64,000 bases of DNA from Stegostoma tigrinum (lineage: Eukaryota). The stretch is taken from positions 13,707,140-13,771,139 of the forward strand of contig NC_081404.1 in NCBI RefSeq assembly GCF_030684315.1, read 5' to 3'. Below, in pieces: positions 36,702-51,509 of this stretch. Positions within the stretch are counted from its first letter, which is position 1. Each line of letters begins with the position of its first letter. Position numbers and translations under genes: made by a program. The notes under the pieces are model-generated. The model saw nothing but the letters and a program-made list of their open reading frames with translations. It was not told the DNA's origin and did no database searches.

Positions 36702-37015
36702 GGGCGGCATGGTGGCTCAATGGTTCGCACTGAGCCTCGCAGCACCTGGGACCCAGGTTCAATTCCAGCCTCAGGTGACTGTCTGTGTGGAGTTTGCACG
36801 TTCTCCCCATGTCTGCATGGGTTTCTTCCGGGTGCTCTGGTTTCCTCCCACAGTCCAAAGGTGTGCAGGCTGGATGGATTGTCCATGCTAATTCCCGTAG
36901 TGTTCAGGGGTGTGTGGGTTATAGGGGGGATGGGTCTGGGTGGGATGCTTCAAGGGGCAGTGTGGACTTGTTGGGCCAAAGGGCCTGTTTCCACTCTGTA
37001 GGGAATCTAATCTAA
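36702..37015 (+). mobile_element. HE1 / V-SINE-like SINE, spacer 3 copy
   Basis: Copy of 4409-4722 at +32293. Confidence 0.88.
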
Positions 37016-37829
37016 TAATGGATTCTAAAATCTTACAAATGACTGAAGTCAGGTTTTCCAGCCTGTAGTTTCCTGTCTTCTGCCTCAAAGAACAAAGAAA
37101 ATTACAGGACAGGAACAGGCCCTTCAGTCTTCCAAGCCTGTGCCAATTTCCAGATCCTCCATCTAAACCTGTCACTTAATTTCCAAGAATCTGTATCCCT
37201 CTGCTCCCTGCCTCTACTAGCTCCGTTGGCAACGCATTCCAGGCACCTACCACCCTCTGAGGTAAGAACTTTCCACGCATATGTCCCTCAAACTTTTCCT
37301 CTCCCACCTTGAAATCGTGACCCTTAGTAATTGAGTCCTCCACTCTGGGAAAAAGCTTTTTCCTATCCACGCCTTGAATTGAATCTTCCAAAGTGCATCA
37401 CCCCGCATTTGCCTGAATTGAACTCCATCTGCCATTTCTCCGCCCAACTCTCCAATCTATCCACATTGTGCTGCATTCTCCAACAGTCCCCTTCACTATC
37501 TGCTCCTCCACCAAACTTAATGCCGTCTGCCTCCCTCCCTTCTTAAACAGGAATGTTACATTAGCCATTTTCCAATCCTCTGGGACCCTTCCTGACTCCA
37601 GTGACCCCTGAAAAATCACCACCAATAGCTTTATAATCTCTTCAGCTGTCTCCTTCATCAGGACTCGGAGATGTAATACATTTGATCCAAGCAATTTATC
37701 CGCCTTCAGAAATTTCAACTTCTACAGCACCATTGCCTTCATGATGGCCACTACACTCACCTCTGCCCCTGATTTTCTTGAGGTTCTGGTATGCTGCTGG
37801 TATCTTCTACGGTGCAAACTGATACAAAA

Positions 37830-40573
37830 TGGATAGAGCAGGGACAGGAACGGTTGTTGCAGGTTCCGGGATTTAGGTGTTTCAGTAAGAACAGAGAAGA
37901 TGGTAAAAGGGTCGGAGGTGTGGCATTGTTGGTCAAGGGCAGTATTACAGTTGCAGAAAGGATGTTTGGGGACTCCTCAACTGAGGTAGTATGGGCTGAG
38001 GTTAGAAACAGGAAAGGAGAGGTCACCCTGTTGGAAGTTTTCTATAGGCCTCCGAATAGTTCCAGAGACGTAGAGGAAAGGATAGCAAAGATGATTCTCG
38101 ATAGGAGTGAGAGAGACAGGGTAGTTGTCATGGGGGACTTCAACTTTCCAGATATTGACTGGGAACACTATAGTTCAAGTACTATAGATGGGTCAGTTTT
38201 TGTCCAGTGTGTGCAGGAGGGCTTCCTGACACAGTATGTAGATAGGCCAACAAGGGGCGAAGCCACATTAGATTTGGTACTGGGTAATGAGCCCGGCCAG
38301 GTGTTAGATTTGGAAGTAGGTGAGCACTTTGGTGATAGCGATCACAATTCTGTTATGTTTACTTTAGTGATGGAAAGGGATAGGTGTATACCACTGGACA
38401 AGAGTTATAGCTGGGGGAAAGGCAGTTACGATGCGTTTAGGCAAGATCTAGGGAGCATAGGATGGGGAAGGAAATTGCAGGGGATGGGCACATTGGAAAT
38501 GTGGAGCTTCATCAAGGAAAAGCTCCTGTGTGTCCTAGGTAAGTATGTACCTGTCAGGCAGGGAGGATGCTGTAGAGTGCGGGAACTGTGGTTTACGAAG
38601 GAGGTGGAATCTCTGGTCAAGAGGAAGAAGAAGGCTTATGTTAGGATCAGATGTGAAGGCTCAGTTAGGGCACTTGAGGGCTACGAGGTAGCCAGGAAAG
38701 ACCTAAAGAGAGAGCTCAGAAGAGCCAGGAGGAGACATGAGAAGTTGTTGGCAGATAGGATCAGGGTAAACCCTAAGGCTTTCTATAGGTATTTAAGGAA
38801 TAAAAGAATGACGAAAGTAAGATTAGGCCCAATCAAGGATAGTAGTGGTAAGTTTTGTGTGGACTCAGATGAGATAGGGGAAGCGCTAAATGAATATTTT
38901 TCAACAGTATTCACTCTAGAAAACGACAATGTTGTCGAGGAGAATACTGAGATACAGGCTACTAGACTAGGTGGGATTGAGGTTCACAAGGAAGAGGTAT
39001 TAGAATTCCTACAGAGGGTGAAGATAGATAAGTCCCCTGGGCCAGATGGGATTTATCCTCGGATCCTCTGGGAAGCCAGGGAGGAGATTGCCGAGCCTTT
39101 GGCATTGATCTTTAACTCGTCATTGTCTGCAGGAATAGTGCCAGATGACTGGAGGATAGCAAATGTGGTTCCCCAGTTCAAGAAGGGGAGTAGAGACAAC
39201 CCTGGTAATTATAGACCAGTGAGCCTTACCTCAGTTGTTGGTAAAGTGTTGGAAAAGGTTATAAGGGATAGGATTTATGATCATCTAGAAAAGAATAAAT
39301 TGATTAGGGATAGTCAGCACGGTTTTGTGAAGGGAAGATCGTTCCTCACAAACCTTATTGAGTTCTTTGAGAAGGTGACCAAACAGGTAGATGAAAGTAA
39401 ACCAGTTCATGTGGCGTATATGGATTTCAGCAAGGTGTTCGATAAGGTTCCCCACAGTAGGCTATTGTACAAAATGCAGAGGAATGGAATTGTGGGAGAT
39501 ATAGCAATTTGGATCGGAAATTGGCTTGCTGAAATAAGACAGAGGGTGAGTTGATGGGAAATGTTCATCCTGGAGACCAGTTACTAGTGGTGTACCACAA
39601 GGGTCGGTGTTGGGTCCACTGCTGTTTGTCATTTTTATAAATGACCTGGATAAGGGTGTAGAAGAATGGGTTAGTAAATTTGCAGATGACACTAAGGTCG
39701 GTGGAGTTGTGGATAGTGACGAAGGATGCTGTAGGTTGCAGAGAGACATAGATAAGCTTCAGAGCTGGGCTGAGAGGTGGCAAATGGAGTTTAATGCAGA
39801 CAAGTGTGAGGTGATGCACTTTGGTAGGAGTAACCAGAAGGCAAAGCACTGGGCTAATGCTAAGATTCTTAGTAGTGTAGATGAGCAGAGAGATCTCGGT
39901 GTCCATGTACACAGATCCTTGAAAGTTGCCACCCAGGTTGACAGGGCTGTTAAGGAGGCATACAGTGTTTTAGCTTTTATTAATAGAGGGATCGAGTACC
40001 GGAACCAAGAGGTTATGGTGAAGCTGTGCAAAACTCTGGTGCAGCCGCACTTGGAATATTGTGTACATTTCTGGTCACCGCATTGTAAGAAGGATGTGGA
40101 AGCTTTGGAAAGGGTGCAGAGGAGATTTACTAGGATGTTGCCTGGTATGGAGGGAAGGTCTTACGAGGATAGGCTGAGGGACTTCAGGCTGTTTTCATTA
40201 GAGAGAAGAAGGTTGAGAGGTGACTTAATTGAAACATCTAAAATAATCAGAGGGTTAGATAGGGTGGATAGGGAGAGTCTTTTTCCTCGGATGGTGATGG
40301 CGAGCACGAGGGGGCATAGCTTTAAATTGAGGGGTGAAAGATATAGGACAGATGTCAGAGGTAGTTTCTTTACTCAGAGAGTAGTAAGGGAATGGAATGC
40401 TTTGCCTGCAACAGTAGAAGATTCGCCAACTTTCGGTACATTTAAGTCGTCATTGGACAAGCATATGGACGTAAATGGAATAGTGTAGGTCAGATGGGCT
40501 TGAGATCGGTATGACAGGTCGGCACAACATCGAGGGCCGAAGGGCCTGTACTGTGCTGTAATGTTCTATGTTC
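37830..40573 (+). mobile_element. 5'-truncated CR1 LINE, spacer 3 copy
   Basis: ORFs 37791-39554 and 39607-40488, same frameshift. Confidence 0.95.
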
Positions 40574-40783
40574 CTGTGGCAATACAGAAGCATCCCATAA
40601 GCAACATCCATTGGTTAAAGGGAAAATTCAGACACAGATTCTCACACACATTTCTCCAGTCTAGGAGGGAAATATCACCCGGAGAAAATACAAAGAAAGT
40701 AGCGACCCGGAGACATTCACTCAAGCTCCCAACTCTGTTGAGACTCCAACAGCTTCTGATGCTGCATGAAAAAGTCCCGAAAT

Positions 40784-42973
40784 CTATAGACAATAGACAA
40801 TAGCTACTGGAATCGGCCATTCGGCACTTCGAGCCACCACCCCCATTCGTTATGATCACGGCTGATCATCCACAGTCAGTATCCTGTTCCTGCCTTCTCC
40901 CCATAACCCTGGATTCCACTGTCTTTAAGAGCTAATATCTATCTCTTTCTTCAAAGCATCCAGAGAGTTAGCCTCCACTGCCATCTTGGGCAGAGCATTC
41001 CATATATCCACCAGTCTCTGACTAAAGAAGTTTCTCCTCAACTCTGTTCTAAATGGCCTAGCCCTTATTTTTAAACTGTGTCCTCTGGTTCTGGACTCAC
41101 CCGTCAGCGGAAACATGCTTCCTGCCTCCAAAGTCTCCAATCCCTGAATAAACTTATACGCCTCAATCAGATGCCCTCTCATCATTCTCAGCTCAAGTGT
41201 ATACAAGCACAGTCGCTCCAATCTTTCAACATCCGATAGTCCCGCCATTCTGGGAATTGACCTCGTGAGCCTACACTGCACTCCCTCAATAGCAACAATG
41301 TCCTTCCTCAAATTTGGAGACCAAAACTGCACACAAAACTCCAGGTGCAGTCTCACCAGGGCCCTGTACAGCTGAAGAAGGACCTCTTTGCTCCGACACT
41401 CAATTCCTCTTGTTATGAAGGCCAGCATGTAATTAGCTTTCTTCACTGCCTGCTGTACCTGCATGCTTGCTTTCATTGGCTAATTGACAAGAACACCTAG
41501 GTCTCGTTGTACTTCCCCTTTACCGAAATTGACTCCATGGAGGTAGAAATCTGCCTTCCTGGTCTTGCCACCAAAGTGTATAACTGCACATTTATCCACA
41601 TTAAACTGCATCTGCCATGCATCCGACCTCTCAACCAACTTGTCCAAGTCACCCTGTAGTCTCAAAACATCCTCCTCACATTTCACACTGCCACCCAACT
41701 TTGTGTCATCTGCAAATTTGCTAGTAATACTTTTAATGCCTTCATCTATATCATTAATATATATCGTAAACAGCTGCGGTCCCAGCACCGAATCTTGTGG
41801 TACCCAACTGGGCAATGCCTGCCATCCGAAAGGGTTGTGTTTATCACTACTCTTTGCTTCCTGTCAGCCAGCCAATTTTCAGTCCAACTCAGTATTTTGC
41901 CCCCAATACCATGTGCCCCAATTTTGTTCACCAATCTCCGATGTGGGACTTTATCAAAGGCTTTCTGAAAGTCCAGGTACACCACATCCACTGTTTCTCC
42001 CTTAACCATCTTCAGAGATAGATTCTCCAAAAAATCCAGAAGATTAGTCAAGCACGATTTCCCCTTCGTAAATCCATGCTGACTCTGACCGATTCTGTTC
42101 CTGCTATCCAAATGAATCGTAATTTCATCTTTTATAATTGACTCCAGCATCTTTCCCACCACTGATGTCAGGCTAACCGGTCTATCATTTCCTCTTTTCC
42201 CTCTCCCTCCTTTCTTGAAAAGTGCGACAACATTTGCCAGCCTCCCATTCACAGGAACTGATCCTGAATCTATAGACCCTTGGAACATAATTACCAACGA
42301 GTCCACAATTTCTGGAGCCACCTCCTGAAGTACCGTGGGATGCACACCATCAGGTCCCGGGGACTTATCGGCCTTCAGACCGAACAGTCTATCCAACACC
42401 TTTTCCTGCCTAAGAGAAATACCCTTCAGTTCGTCCATTACCCTAGGTCCTTCAGCCACTATTGCATCTGGGAGATTTCTTGTGTCTTCCCTAGTGAAGA
42501 CAGATCTAAAGTACCTATTCAATTCTTCCTCCATTTCCTGGTTCCCCATGTTCAATTCACCCGTTTCTGACTTCAAGGGCCCAATTTTAGTCTGAACCAT
42601 TTTTTTTTCTTTTCACATCGCTAAAAAAGCTTTTACTATCCTCCTTTATATTTTTGGCCAGTTTTCTTTCATAGCTCATTTTTTCACTGTTTATTGCCTT
42701 TTTACTTATCGGCTGTTGCTCTTTAAAAGCTTCCCAGTCCTCCCGCTTCCCACTCATCTTTGCTATGTTATACTTCTCTCTTATCTTTATGCAGTCCTTA
42801 ACTTGACTCGTCAGCCATGAGCTGATCCTGCACCTTCTGCATGATATCCAGAAATACCTGCCACTGTTGTTCCACTGCCATCCGTGCGAGGGGATTGTAC
42901 TATTGAACTTTGGCCAGCTCCTCCCATATAGCTGCATAGTTCCCTTCATTCAACTCAATGCTGACACATCCGG
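40784..42973 (-). mobile_element. Decayed CR1 LINE, spacer 3 copy
   Basis: ORF pieces 40925-42949. Confidence 0.92.
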
Positions 42974-45248
42974 AACGGACCCCACCTCTTCAGGCTTTAT
43001 TTTTTTCAAAATCCAAGACTTTATCACCTGTTTACTAAAAAGGGTCTTGATGAGCCAGCTCCAAACCTCTGCCTTACAATGTCTCCGAGAGCACACAGGA
43101 CAAAATAACCTCTTCAAATGACAGCACACCATTCAGTACACCACCGCCGAAACCGCTCAGTTCACACTCACGGAAACTAATGAGTGCACCATCCTTGAAA
43201 GCACCCCGGCACCATCACTGAAACTGCGCAATACCCCAGTATTGATACATCCTGGCTGTCAATTAGCTGAGTCGGCTGGGCAGTTGTTTTGCGATGCAGA
43301 TTGATGGCAGCAGCACGCGTCGAGCCCGTGCAGTGCCTGCGACCACCTTGCCGATCCTGCCTTCTCAAGCTTCCGTCTTGCCTGAGGCATGGTGACCCGC
43401 TGGTTAAGCTGACAACCAGTTTTCCCTCACTGTATTGCAGGCACTTTCCGCCCGAACTGTGTGAGCCGGCACTGCACGCACACCTAGTTTGAAGGCAAGA
43501 CAGCAGAGTAACATTTCTGTCTTTTGCAATGATGTGTTCAATGATTGCAATTCTCTGGTTTTGCGAGACTGTGTCGAGGCACAGAAGCAAACATGTTGGT
43601 GCTGATAACACACATCCATATCCCGACATGATGTTGCATGGTGTGCATTGAGGAAGTGCTGCACCATGAGCAGACAAACGGAAGTCGCTGCTGCATGCAA
43701 TATTCACAGATCTGCTGCACAGACATTAGTTTTGCGTCACAAGGATTTTTAGGGCTCCCGTTCCGTCTTTCGTGACATGGTCAAGGTGCTTCCGCTAAGT
43801 CGTTGGTTTGCGCTCAGTGGACAGATGGCCACCGGGTCAAAGCAGGATGAGTTTGCAGCTGCATGACACCTTCACTTTCTGGCTGTGTGTATAATGCTGT
43901 TCCCTTTTGAACAGTCTCACGTTGCCGCGATACGCAGCACCCTCCCTGACATGACCCAGCACCAACGGCAGCTGCTTTGGGCCTGGCCTCAAACATTTCC
44001 ATTCCCATTGAGCACTTGTGCTTTTCAGCAAAATGGAAGCTACAAATGGCAGCTCTTTCAGACGTGCGTTCTGTGTGTCTAACTGAGTCTGCACCTGCCC
44101 ACTTATCCCCCGAGCTGCAAGGATATCTGGTCAATAGGTCAGCATTTCCGGGGAACCGACACTTTCCCATTCACATCCAGCCTTCCGCGGATTATCGTCT
44201 CCCCACTGATATATTCAGCTGTCCCCCAGGGCCTTTTCACTTTTCTCATCACCATTATGTTCGTAGCCCTTTTCCCGCAGCACTGGCAACCGAATACCCG
44301 CCACCTAACCCTGACTTTCTGTGGATGGACACCTCACATTGACCGTGGTGCACCACTTCAGCTGCTTCGCTGTGCAGCCCTGATCAATGAGTGACCAGAA
44401 CCCTGACTGATACTTCTGCAGCTCTGCTACTCTGTTCCTGTGTCTCGCTGGACTGATTGCAATGGATCCACGCGGCTGACCAGAGCCAACTCTCCAGGCT
44501 GCACTGCTATGGGCCACCGAACCGTCAGCACTCTGAGCGCCTCACACCTTGCCCAAGCCCCTGGACTGATATCATAGACAGCCCAGAACTTTACAAATCC
44601 CAAAGGCGTTATTCATGTCGCCAGATTGCACACCTTCCAATTATACCGTTTTGGTACTGCAACGCATTCTTTGCCTTGCATCACAGCGGCATCCACTAGC
44701 TCCCTCAGGCTTCATTCTGCCTTATTTATTTACTTTCATTGTAAATAATCAACACTGCTCTTCCCGATAAGCTCATTATAACACTGTAGTGAAGTTTTCT
44801 AATATTCACGAAGCCTTACAATCCCTGAAACATCTGTTCAATTTAAACAGTGGTGAACAAAATACTCAACGTCCCCATTTGACTGGAATGTCGCCATTTA
44901 TTTAACCATGTGTTTGGGGGTTTGGTGGTTGTACAATGTGGTGGGTGTAATGGTGCACAGCGCTCAATTCCCATGGGCTCTCTGCCCGCTCTCACGCAAT
45001 CTTCCATTGCTAATTTTCATGAGACTGCCCAAGTCAGAAAAGCAGCTCGTCGCTCTCTCCAAACTCCGTCATTCACCAAACTCCAAGGTCCAGATCGTGT
45101 TGCAAGTTGCACTCAGTGACCAGCTGCCTTCCAATCTCATTGATTTCCAGAAACTGCGACTAAGATCATTCGTGGGTGGGAGCCTGAGACTTGCTTGCTG
45201 GTCTGGCCATATCCAAGATTCAGACGCGACCAGAAAAGCTGCAAACTG

Positions 45249-45773
45249 ATCATAGAACATAAAACATAGAACATTACAGCACAGTACAGGCCCTTCGGAC
45301 CTCGATGTTGTGCAGACCTGTCATACCGATCTTCAGCCCATCTAACCGACACTATTCCATGTACGTCCATATGCTTGTCCAATGACGACTTAAATGTACC
45401 TAAAGTTGGCGAATCTACTGCCGTTGCCAGCAAAGCGTTCCTTTCCCTTACTACTCTCTGAGTAAACAATCTACCTCTGACATCTGTCCCATATCTTTCA
45501 CCCCTCAATTTCAAGCTCTGACCCCTCGTGCTCGCCGTCACCATCCTAGGAAAAAGGCTCTCCCTATCCACCCTATCTAACTCTCTGATTAGTTTATATG
45601 TTTGAATTAAGTCACCTCTCAACCGTCTTCTCTCTGATGAAAACAGCCTCAAGTCCCTCAGCCTTACCTCGTAAGACCTTCCCTCCATACCAGGCAACAT
45701 CCTAGTAAATCTCCTCTGCACCCTTTCCAGAGCTTCCACCTCCTTCTTACAATGCGGTGACCAGAACTGTTCA
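45249..45773 (-). mobile_element. Short CR1, spacer 3 copy
   Basis: Same element and TSD. Confidence 0.92.
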
Positions 45774-46632
45774 CAAACTGCACTGTAAAGTTCGTTGTGT
45801 ATATTCAGACGCTGTGACACGACTGTGCAGCAAGTAGGACTGCAACTCAGGCCTCCTTACTCAGAGCTAGGGACATTCCCACCACATCACCAAAGCGCTG
45901 AACTTTCCATTTGATGCTGCTTGTGGAAGAGAAGGCGCTGGAGATCCTGTGAATTCACCCGTTTCACCAGTTGGTGGAGCCTCTGGAACACAGTCCTCGG
46001 GAACTGCGCGACTGTGCAAAGGGGATCGTTCCAAGCGCCTCTCACACACTTCTTGCTCGCTGCATCCTGTCACCCGCACCCCCCAACAAGCACCAAACCA
46101 ACTCAGCGCTCGAACGCTGTCAGCAAGGCACTTAACAACTTCGAATCATACGTTCAACATCAGAAACACGATCCAAGAGGCAGATTTTTATGTTCAAAAT
46201 GTATTCGAAGAAAGGCACGCACTATTTGGGAGGAGACAGTGGCGAATGTGCAAAGAGGGCAGCGGTGGAGGAATGCCCAGAATGTCTGAGGGTTGAAGGG
46301 AGCCCAAACAGGGAGAAAGAAAAGTGGGTTCGGGACCAGAAGGAGTGTCCGAACATGGAGGGGTGCGCGGGTCGACCGGGATTTGCGAAATCCCGGCTAT
46401 GAAGTGAATGGGGAAAGCTGGATGTGGGTAATGGGTTGGCAAAGGGGTGACCATTCAGGAGAAGATGCGGTTGAAGCAGGGACTGCCCAGTTGAGAAAAG
46501 GCCTGAAACAGCTGACGATGTAAAATGGGGTGGTGGTTAGGAGGAGTGGGCGGTGTTGGAGAACCTTGGACTGATTGCAAGTGGCGAGCTAAGCAAAGAA
46601 TCAGGTGTTGGCGCTCGGCAAAGGTGCAGGTC

Positions 46633-46763
46633 CCACCTCTCCTCCCCGGCCCAGGGGCACAGGGCGGCGGCTGGTTCCTCCCCTCTCCGGCTTGCTCCAT
46701 TCTGGGCGGTTCCTTGTCAACAGACAGCCCCTTGGCCAACCCAGACTCACACGGACATAAAAG
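46633..46763 (+). promoter_or_regulatory. Putative keratin proximal promoter, copy D
   Basis: CATAAAA at 46756-46762 and the same GC boxes. Confidence 0.6.
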
Positions 46764-46866
46764 CAGCCGAGTCCGTCCTCAGCTCCACCGAGCCGTTCAC
46801 TTTCTGACTGTGCTCTCTCTCTCTCTCTCTCTGCGAGTCTGTGTCTACGTCGTGAAAAACCTCGAA

Positions 46867-49800
46867 ATGACATCGAAAATCATCAGCAGCACCACCAGCA
46901 GCACCTCCCGCAGCAGCAGGAGCCGAGGGGGAGGCCCAATTGGCGGAGCAGCCGGGTTTTCCACTGGACTGATCCTGTCGGGAAGCGGAGGGGGTGTTCG
47001 GGGACCCAGGAGCTCCCAAAGTGTCATCCTGAGACCGACACAGTCCGTTTCAAGCGCCCGAATCTCCCGAGGCTCGGTGTTGGGCTCCAGCAGATATGGT
47101 GGCGGCGGTGGATCGAGCTTCAGCCGAATAAGTGTCGGTGCGGCTGGTTTAGGCTCAATGGGCTACCGGGGATATGGGGGTGGTATGTCTCAAGGGCTGA
47201 TCCAGAGAACCGCTGCCCTGGACCTGAGCACCCCTTTGCCTCAAATCGATACCACCCAGCGGGCTATCCGAGTGGAGGAGAGCAAGCAGCTTCAGGGACT
47301 CAATAACCAGTTCGCGGACTTCGTTGGCAAGGTAATGTTCAGTGCTGCCCAGGCGGGTGGGTTTGTCAAATGCGTCCTCCGTGTCGTTTTCTCTCGTGCC
47401 TTGTGGTGTCCGTCGCAACGTCTAACTATCTGTCTCTCCATCTCACCCCGCCAGGTTCGGTATTTGGAAAGGATCAATACTGAGCTGAATATCAAACTGA
47501 AACTTCTGCAGGATCAAGGCGAATACAAATCCAACATCGAGAGCATGTTCCAGGTCTACATTGACAATCTGAAGAAACAACTGGAGGCACTTGGCCAGGA
47601 GAAGCTGAGGTTCGAGGCAGACCTGGTCCAAATGCAAGCTCTGGTCGAGGACTATAAGTGCAAGTAAGTGAGCTGCAGCTGAGTTTAGTCACGGGTTGCT
47701 TCGGAGGCGGGTTCGTGTCCGAACCAAACAGAAATACCAGGGACAGAATGAGTTCGCTTTGCCAAACCGGTAGAATGACAGCTGACGGAATTGTCCGCAG
47801 CATTGCCATGTAGACCGAACCGAACTGCACAGGGCTGTGCCGCTTCTCGTCTGCGCGCTCGTTTGATTGAAGTGGGAGCACGACTGATGCTTCCGACAAC
47901 ATCGTCTGACAGTGTGTGTCTTGTGTCGGGACGGAAAGGTAACGACGAGCGGAGACAGAGACAAAACAGGGACGGTGATAGGGATCAGGCTGAAAGACTG
48001 AGCATCGGTAAAACAATCTCTTTCGTTCCAGGTACGAAGATGAAATCAACAAGCGGACGGAAATGGAAAATGAGTTTGTCCTGGTCAAGAAGGTGACTTT
48101 TATAACGATGCGCGGTACAGATCTCCGTTTGCGGCGACTTTTGCTCACTTTCATCAATGCATTCCCTCCCTCTGCTCTTTAGGATGTTGATGACTCGTAC
48201 ATGAGCAAAGTGGAGCTGGAAGCTAAACTGGAAGGTCTGACAGATGAAATCGATTTCCTGCGGTCTATCTATGAAGAGGTAAACACGTGGCAATGGTCGG
48301 GCTGTTATCGTTTTCTGATCTGCTTTCCATTCGAGTCTCATGCAATGTAGCCCGAATGGTTTTCAATCACCTTGCAATCTTCATCCGCCTCCCCGCCCCC
48401 GCCCACATGTAGGAAATCCGGGAGCTGCAAGCCCAGATACAGAACACATGTGTCAATGTGCAATTGGAGGGCGGTCCGAAATTCGATGTCGAGGAGCTCC
48501 TCGCCAATGCCAGGAGGCAGTACGAAGCCTGCGCCCAGCAGAGCCGTGAGGAAGCGGAAACTTGGAAACAAACCAAGGTGAAGATTACGTGTCGCTGTCG
48601 CGTTCTTATCCAGCGGGCTGCAAAGTGAACTGTGGGACTAACGTGTTCCCAATGTCTGTTTGCAGATGCAGGAACTGGCCATGGCGTCTGGACAATGTGG
48701 CGATGATCTCAATATGCTGAAGTCAGAGATTAAACAGTCGACAGATCAAATCCGGAAACTGAAAGCATCCATCGATGCCCTGAAAAAGGAGGTAGGCAAA
48801 GGTGTGAAAGCGAACAGGGGGTGGGAAACGGTTGTAAATATCTGTACGTCTCTTTTACTCTCTCTGTCTTACCTCTCTGTCCGACATTATTATCGGGAAG
48901 GCAATAAGGGGATAGGATCAGCTCAGCTGGGTTCTTTTCTGAACGCGTGGGGGGTCTGACTGCTGTCCTTTCCGATTGGAATCAGTGGCTGGCCAGTCAC
49001 GCCGCCCTCCGCAAATCATTGCGCGGGGCGGGAGCGTTTTGCCTCGGTGTCGTTCTGAACACTGAGCTGACCCCAGTAAATACTGAAGAAACTGGCCGAA
49101 TGAATATTTATGTTCCTCAGCGTCTGAAACTGGAAGATGCAATCCGAGAAGCAGAGGAACGCGGCGAGAATTCTCTGAAAGACTCTCGGATGAGGATTAG
49201 CGAACTGGAAGAGGCCATCTTGAGAGCCGGGCAAGAGCTTTCCAAACAAGCCAGGGAGTACGAACAGCTGGTGGGCATCAAGCTTGCACTGGACATTGAA
49301 ATTGGGACCTACAAGAAAATGCTGGAGGGAGAGGAGGCAAGGTAAGATCAGGGCCAGTCGCTAATCGCAGCCATCACATTGAGTCCCGTGCTGGCAAATT
49401 GCAGTCCGTCCTTGCAGTTGACTGGGAGCTCTGGTCTCTGAGAATGGAATGGACTGCAGGCACTGGGAGTGACAATCACTTCATTATCTACATGTCCCGG
49501 GTAAAGGTCAGCTGTCCCGTTCCTCACGCTCCCATGGCCTGCTGGCCCCTGCTGCCTGTGACAGCAGCACCTAAAGACTGGGCACTTTGCCTGAGGCGAA
49601 GGAAGCTGACAGTGCCCTTTCAGAAGTGCATCCCAGCAGATGTCAGAGTCTCTGGGTGAGGGAGGAACTTGGGAAAACGGAGTGAAAGGGTGACTGTGAT
49701 TTCCTGCAATTTCCTGCTGCGATCTGAGTGTGTTTCATTTCTCAACAGGATGGCAAGTGGGGTTAAAACCCTCAACATCCAGCAAGTCCAGAGCCAAGGT

Positions 49801-50457
49801 AAGAGAATTTGCGGTCCAAGTGAAGTGTGATGATTCTTTCTGGTCAGGTTCTGCTCAGCTTCATTCCAATCAGCCATCATCATTTCCCACCTTCAACATC
49901 AGATGCTTGTATCATTTGGCCTTGTAAATTGATCGGTAATCACCAGCCCTTGCCAGCCTACTTCACATCCCTGATTGACATCACCCAACCAGCTTTCAGT
50001 TCATGAGGCTCCAATTCTCGGAATTCCTTCTGTCAGCATTTCCTTCATTCTCCTTCCCAGTCGCCTCCTTCAAGGGCTAGATTTTCCGCATGCTTTTTCT
50101 CATCGTCCTGATGGATTTATAGGGTTTCAAATTGTTTCTTGGAGAAAGCGGCTGCAAAACATCTTGGGCTGTCGTACTTTGCGAAAGATACAACACAAAT
50201 TGAGTTACTTTATCATTTTGCAATTATACTTTCAATTGTAGCACCAAGATTACAAGAAAAGTTTTTTTTTCTCTCTCTCTCTCTGTGCCCCTTTGACAGG
50301 TGGTTTGCAACAAGGCTTGGGTTGGGGAGCTGGATCATCTTCCTATGAGACCTCACTGAGTTCAAGTGGCTCTTACGCGAGCAACAGAGCGACGGTGGGT
50401 GGACGAACCACGTATGAGGTGTCGAGCACAGGACTCAGTCAACAAGGGATCATTTGA
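46867..50457 (+). CDS. Type II keratin-like gene, copy D, complete, 516 aa (Gly>Cys at end of exon 2)
   Basis: Exons 46867-47331, 47455-47663, 48032-48092, 48183-48278, 48413-48577, 48666-48791, 49121-49341, 49749-49798, 50300-50457. Splice sites and frame intact. Confidence 0.95.
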
Positions 50458-50642
50458 AACCATCAGTGCCTCCCAGCCGTTCATTGTCAGAGGTTATACT
50501 TTCCCTCAGTACTGTTTTTAGAGCGGCGGTTGACATCTTTATATTCACTTCATGTCTGCTACTCGGAATGACTGCATTAACCTGTTCACGTTTCATACTT
50601 AAATGACATGAAGTCTACAGCGACATCTTCATCAGTTTACAA

Positions 50643-50648
50643 AATAAA
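50643..50648 (+). terminator. Polyadenylation signal, copy D
   Basis: AATAAA with a GT-rich downstream element. Confidence 0.7.
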
Positions 50649-51509
50649 GTAAACTTTGTGAAAGTTTGGGTTTGTGGGAAATGCAGTCAGGACGTTCACA
50701 CTGTATTTGTTGGTATCTTTAAAATGGGAATTAAAGCAAAGCTTTCGCTGTTGAACTCTGTTTCACTTTGATGTGTAATTTTGTTCGTTGATTTACCTTA
50801 TGGCATTGCTGTCCGGCTGAATAAACGTGTAAACTGCACAACTCGATTGCTTTTTGAGCAGCACAATGTTAAATGAATGAAAAGGACAATGCTCATCCAT
50901 TGTTGTGTAATTCAAGAAGTGCCCACTCCAATATCGTTACATTTCGACAAGTATGATGACACGTAGAAAGACGTCTTTGTAGTTAGCATGTCGGCACAAA
51001 TACCCCAACACTGAAAATAAGCTGTCAGCCATGAATGAAACTATTCAGTCCAACGTCAGTGAAACCACTGTTGTGAATCTGACCAGATTCCCTCAAAATA
51101 TTTTACCAACTTATCTAGACCTTCACTCGTTCTGATCAGAAATGTAAATATAATGTGTGTGTCCCAAATGAACTACGACTCATCAAACCACATGATGTTA
51201 AGCTCTACTTAAAATACAACCAAGGAAGGAAGCATTTGGAATAACAACTGTATTGGAAATCTTCATAGAAGGATAAATACAGTAATTATTACTTACTTCC
51301 TGTGCCAATACAGAAGCATCCCATAAGCAACATCCATTGGGTAAAGGGAAAATTCAGGCACAGATTCTCACACACATTTCTCCAGTCTAGGAGGGAAATA
51401 TCACCCGGAGAAAATACAAAGAAAGTAGCGATCCGGAGACATTCACCCAAGCTCCCAACTCTGTTGAGACTCCAACAGCTTCTGATGCTGCATGAAAAAG
51501 TCCCGAAAT

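Noticed and set aside
46525-46866. N-terminally extended keratin ORFs (380 aa at 46525, 384 aa at 61523)
   Set aside because: The upstream ATG lies 5' of the TATA-like box. It is in frame only because of (CT)n length changes in D and E and is out of frame in B and C.
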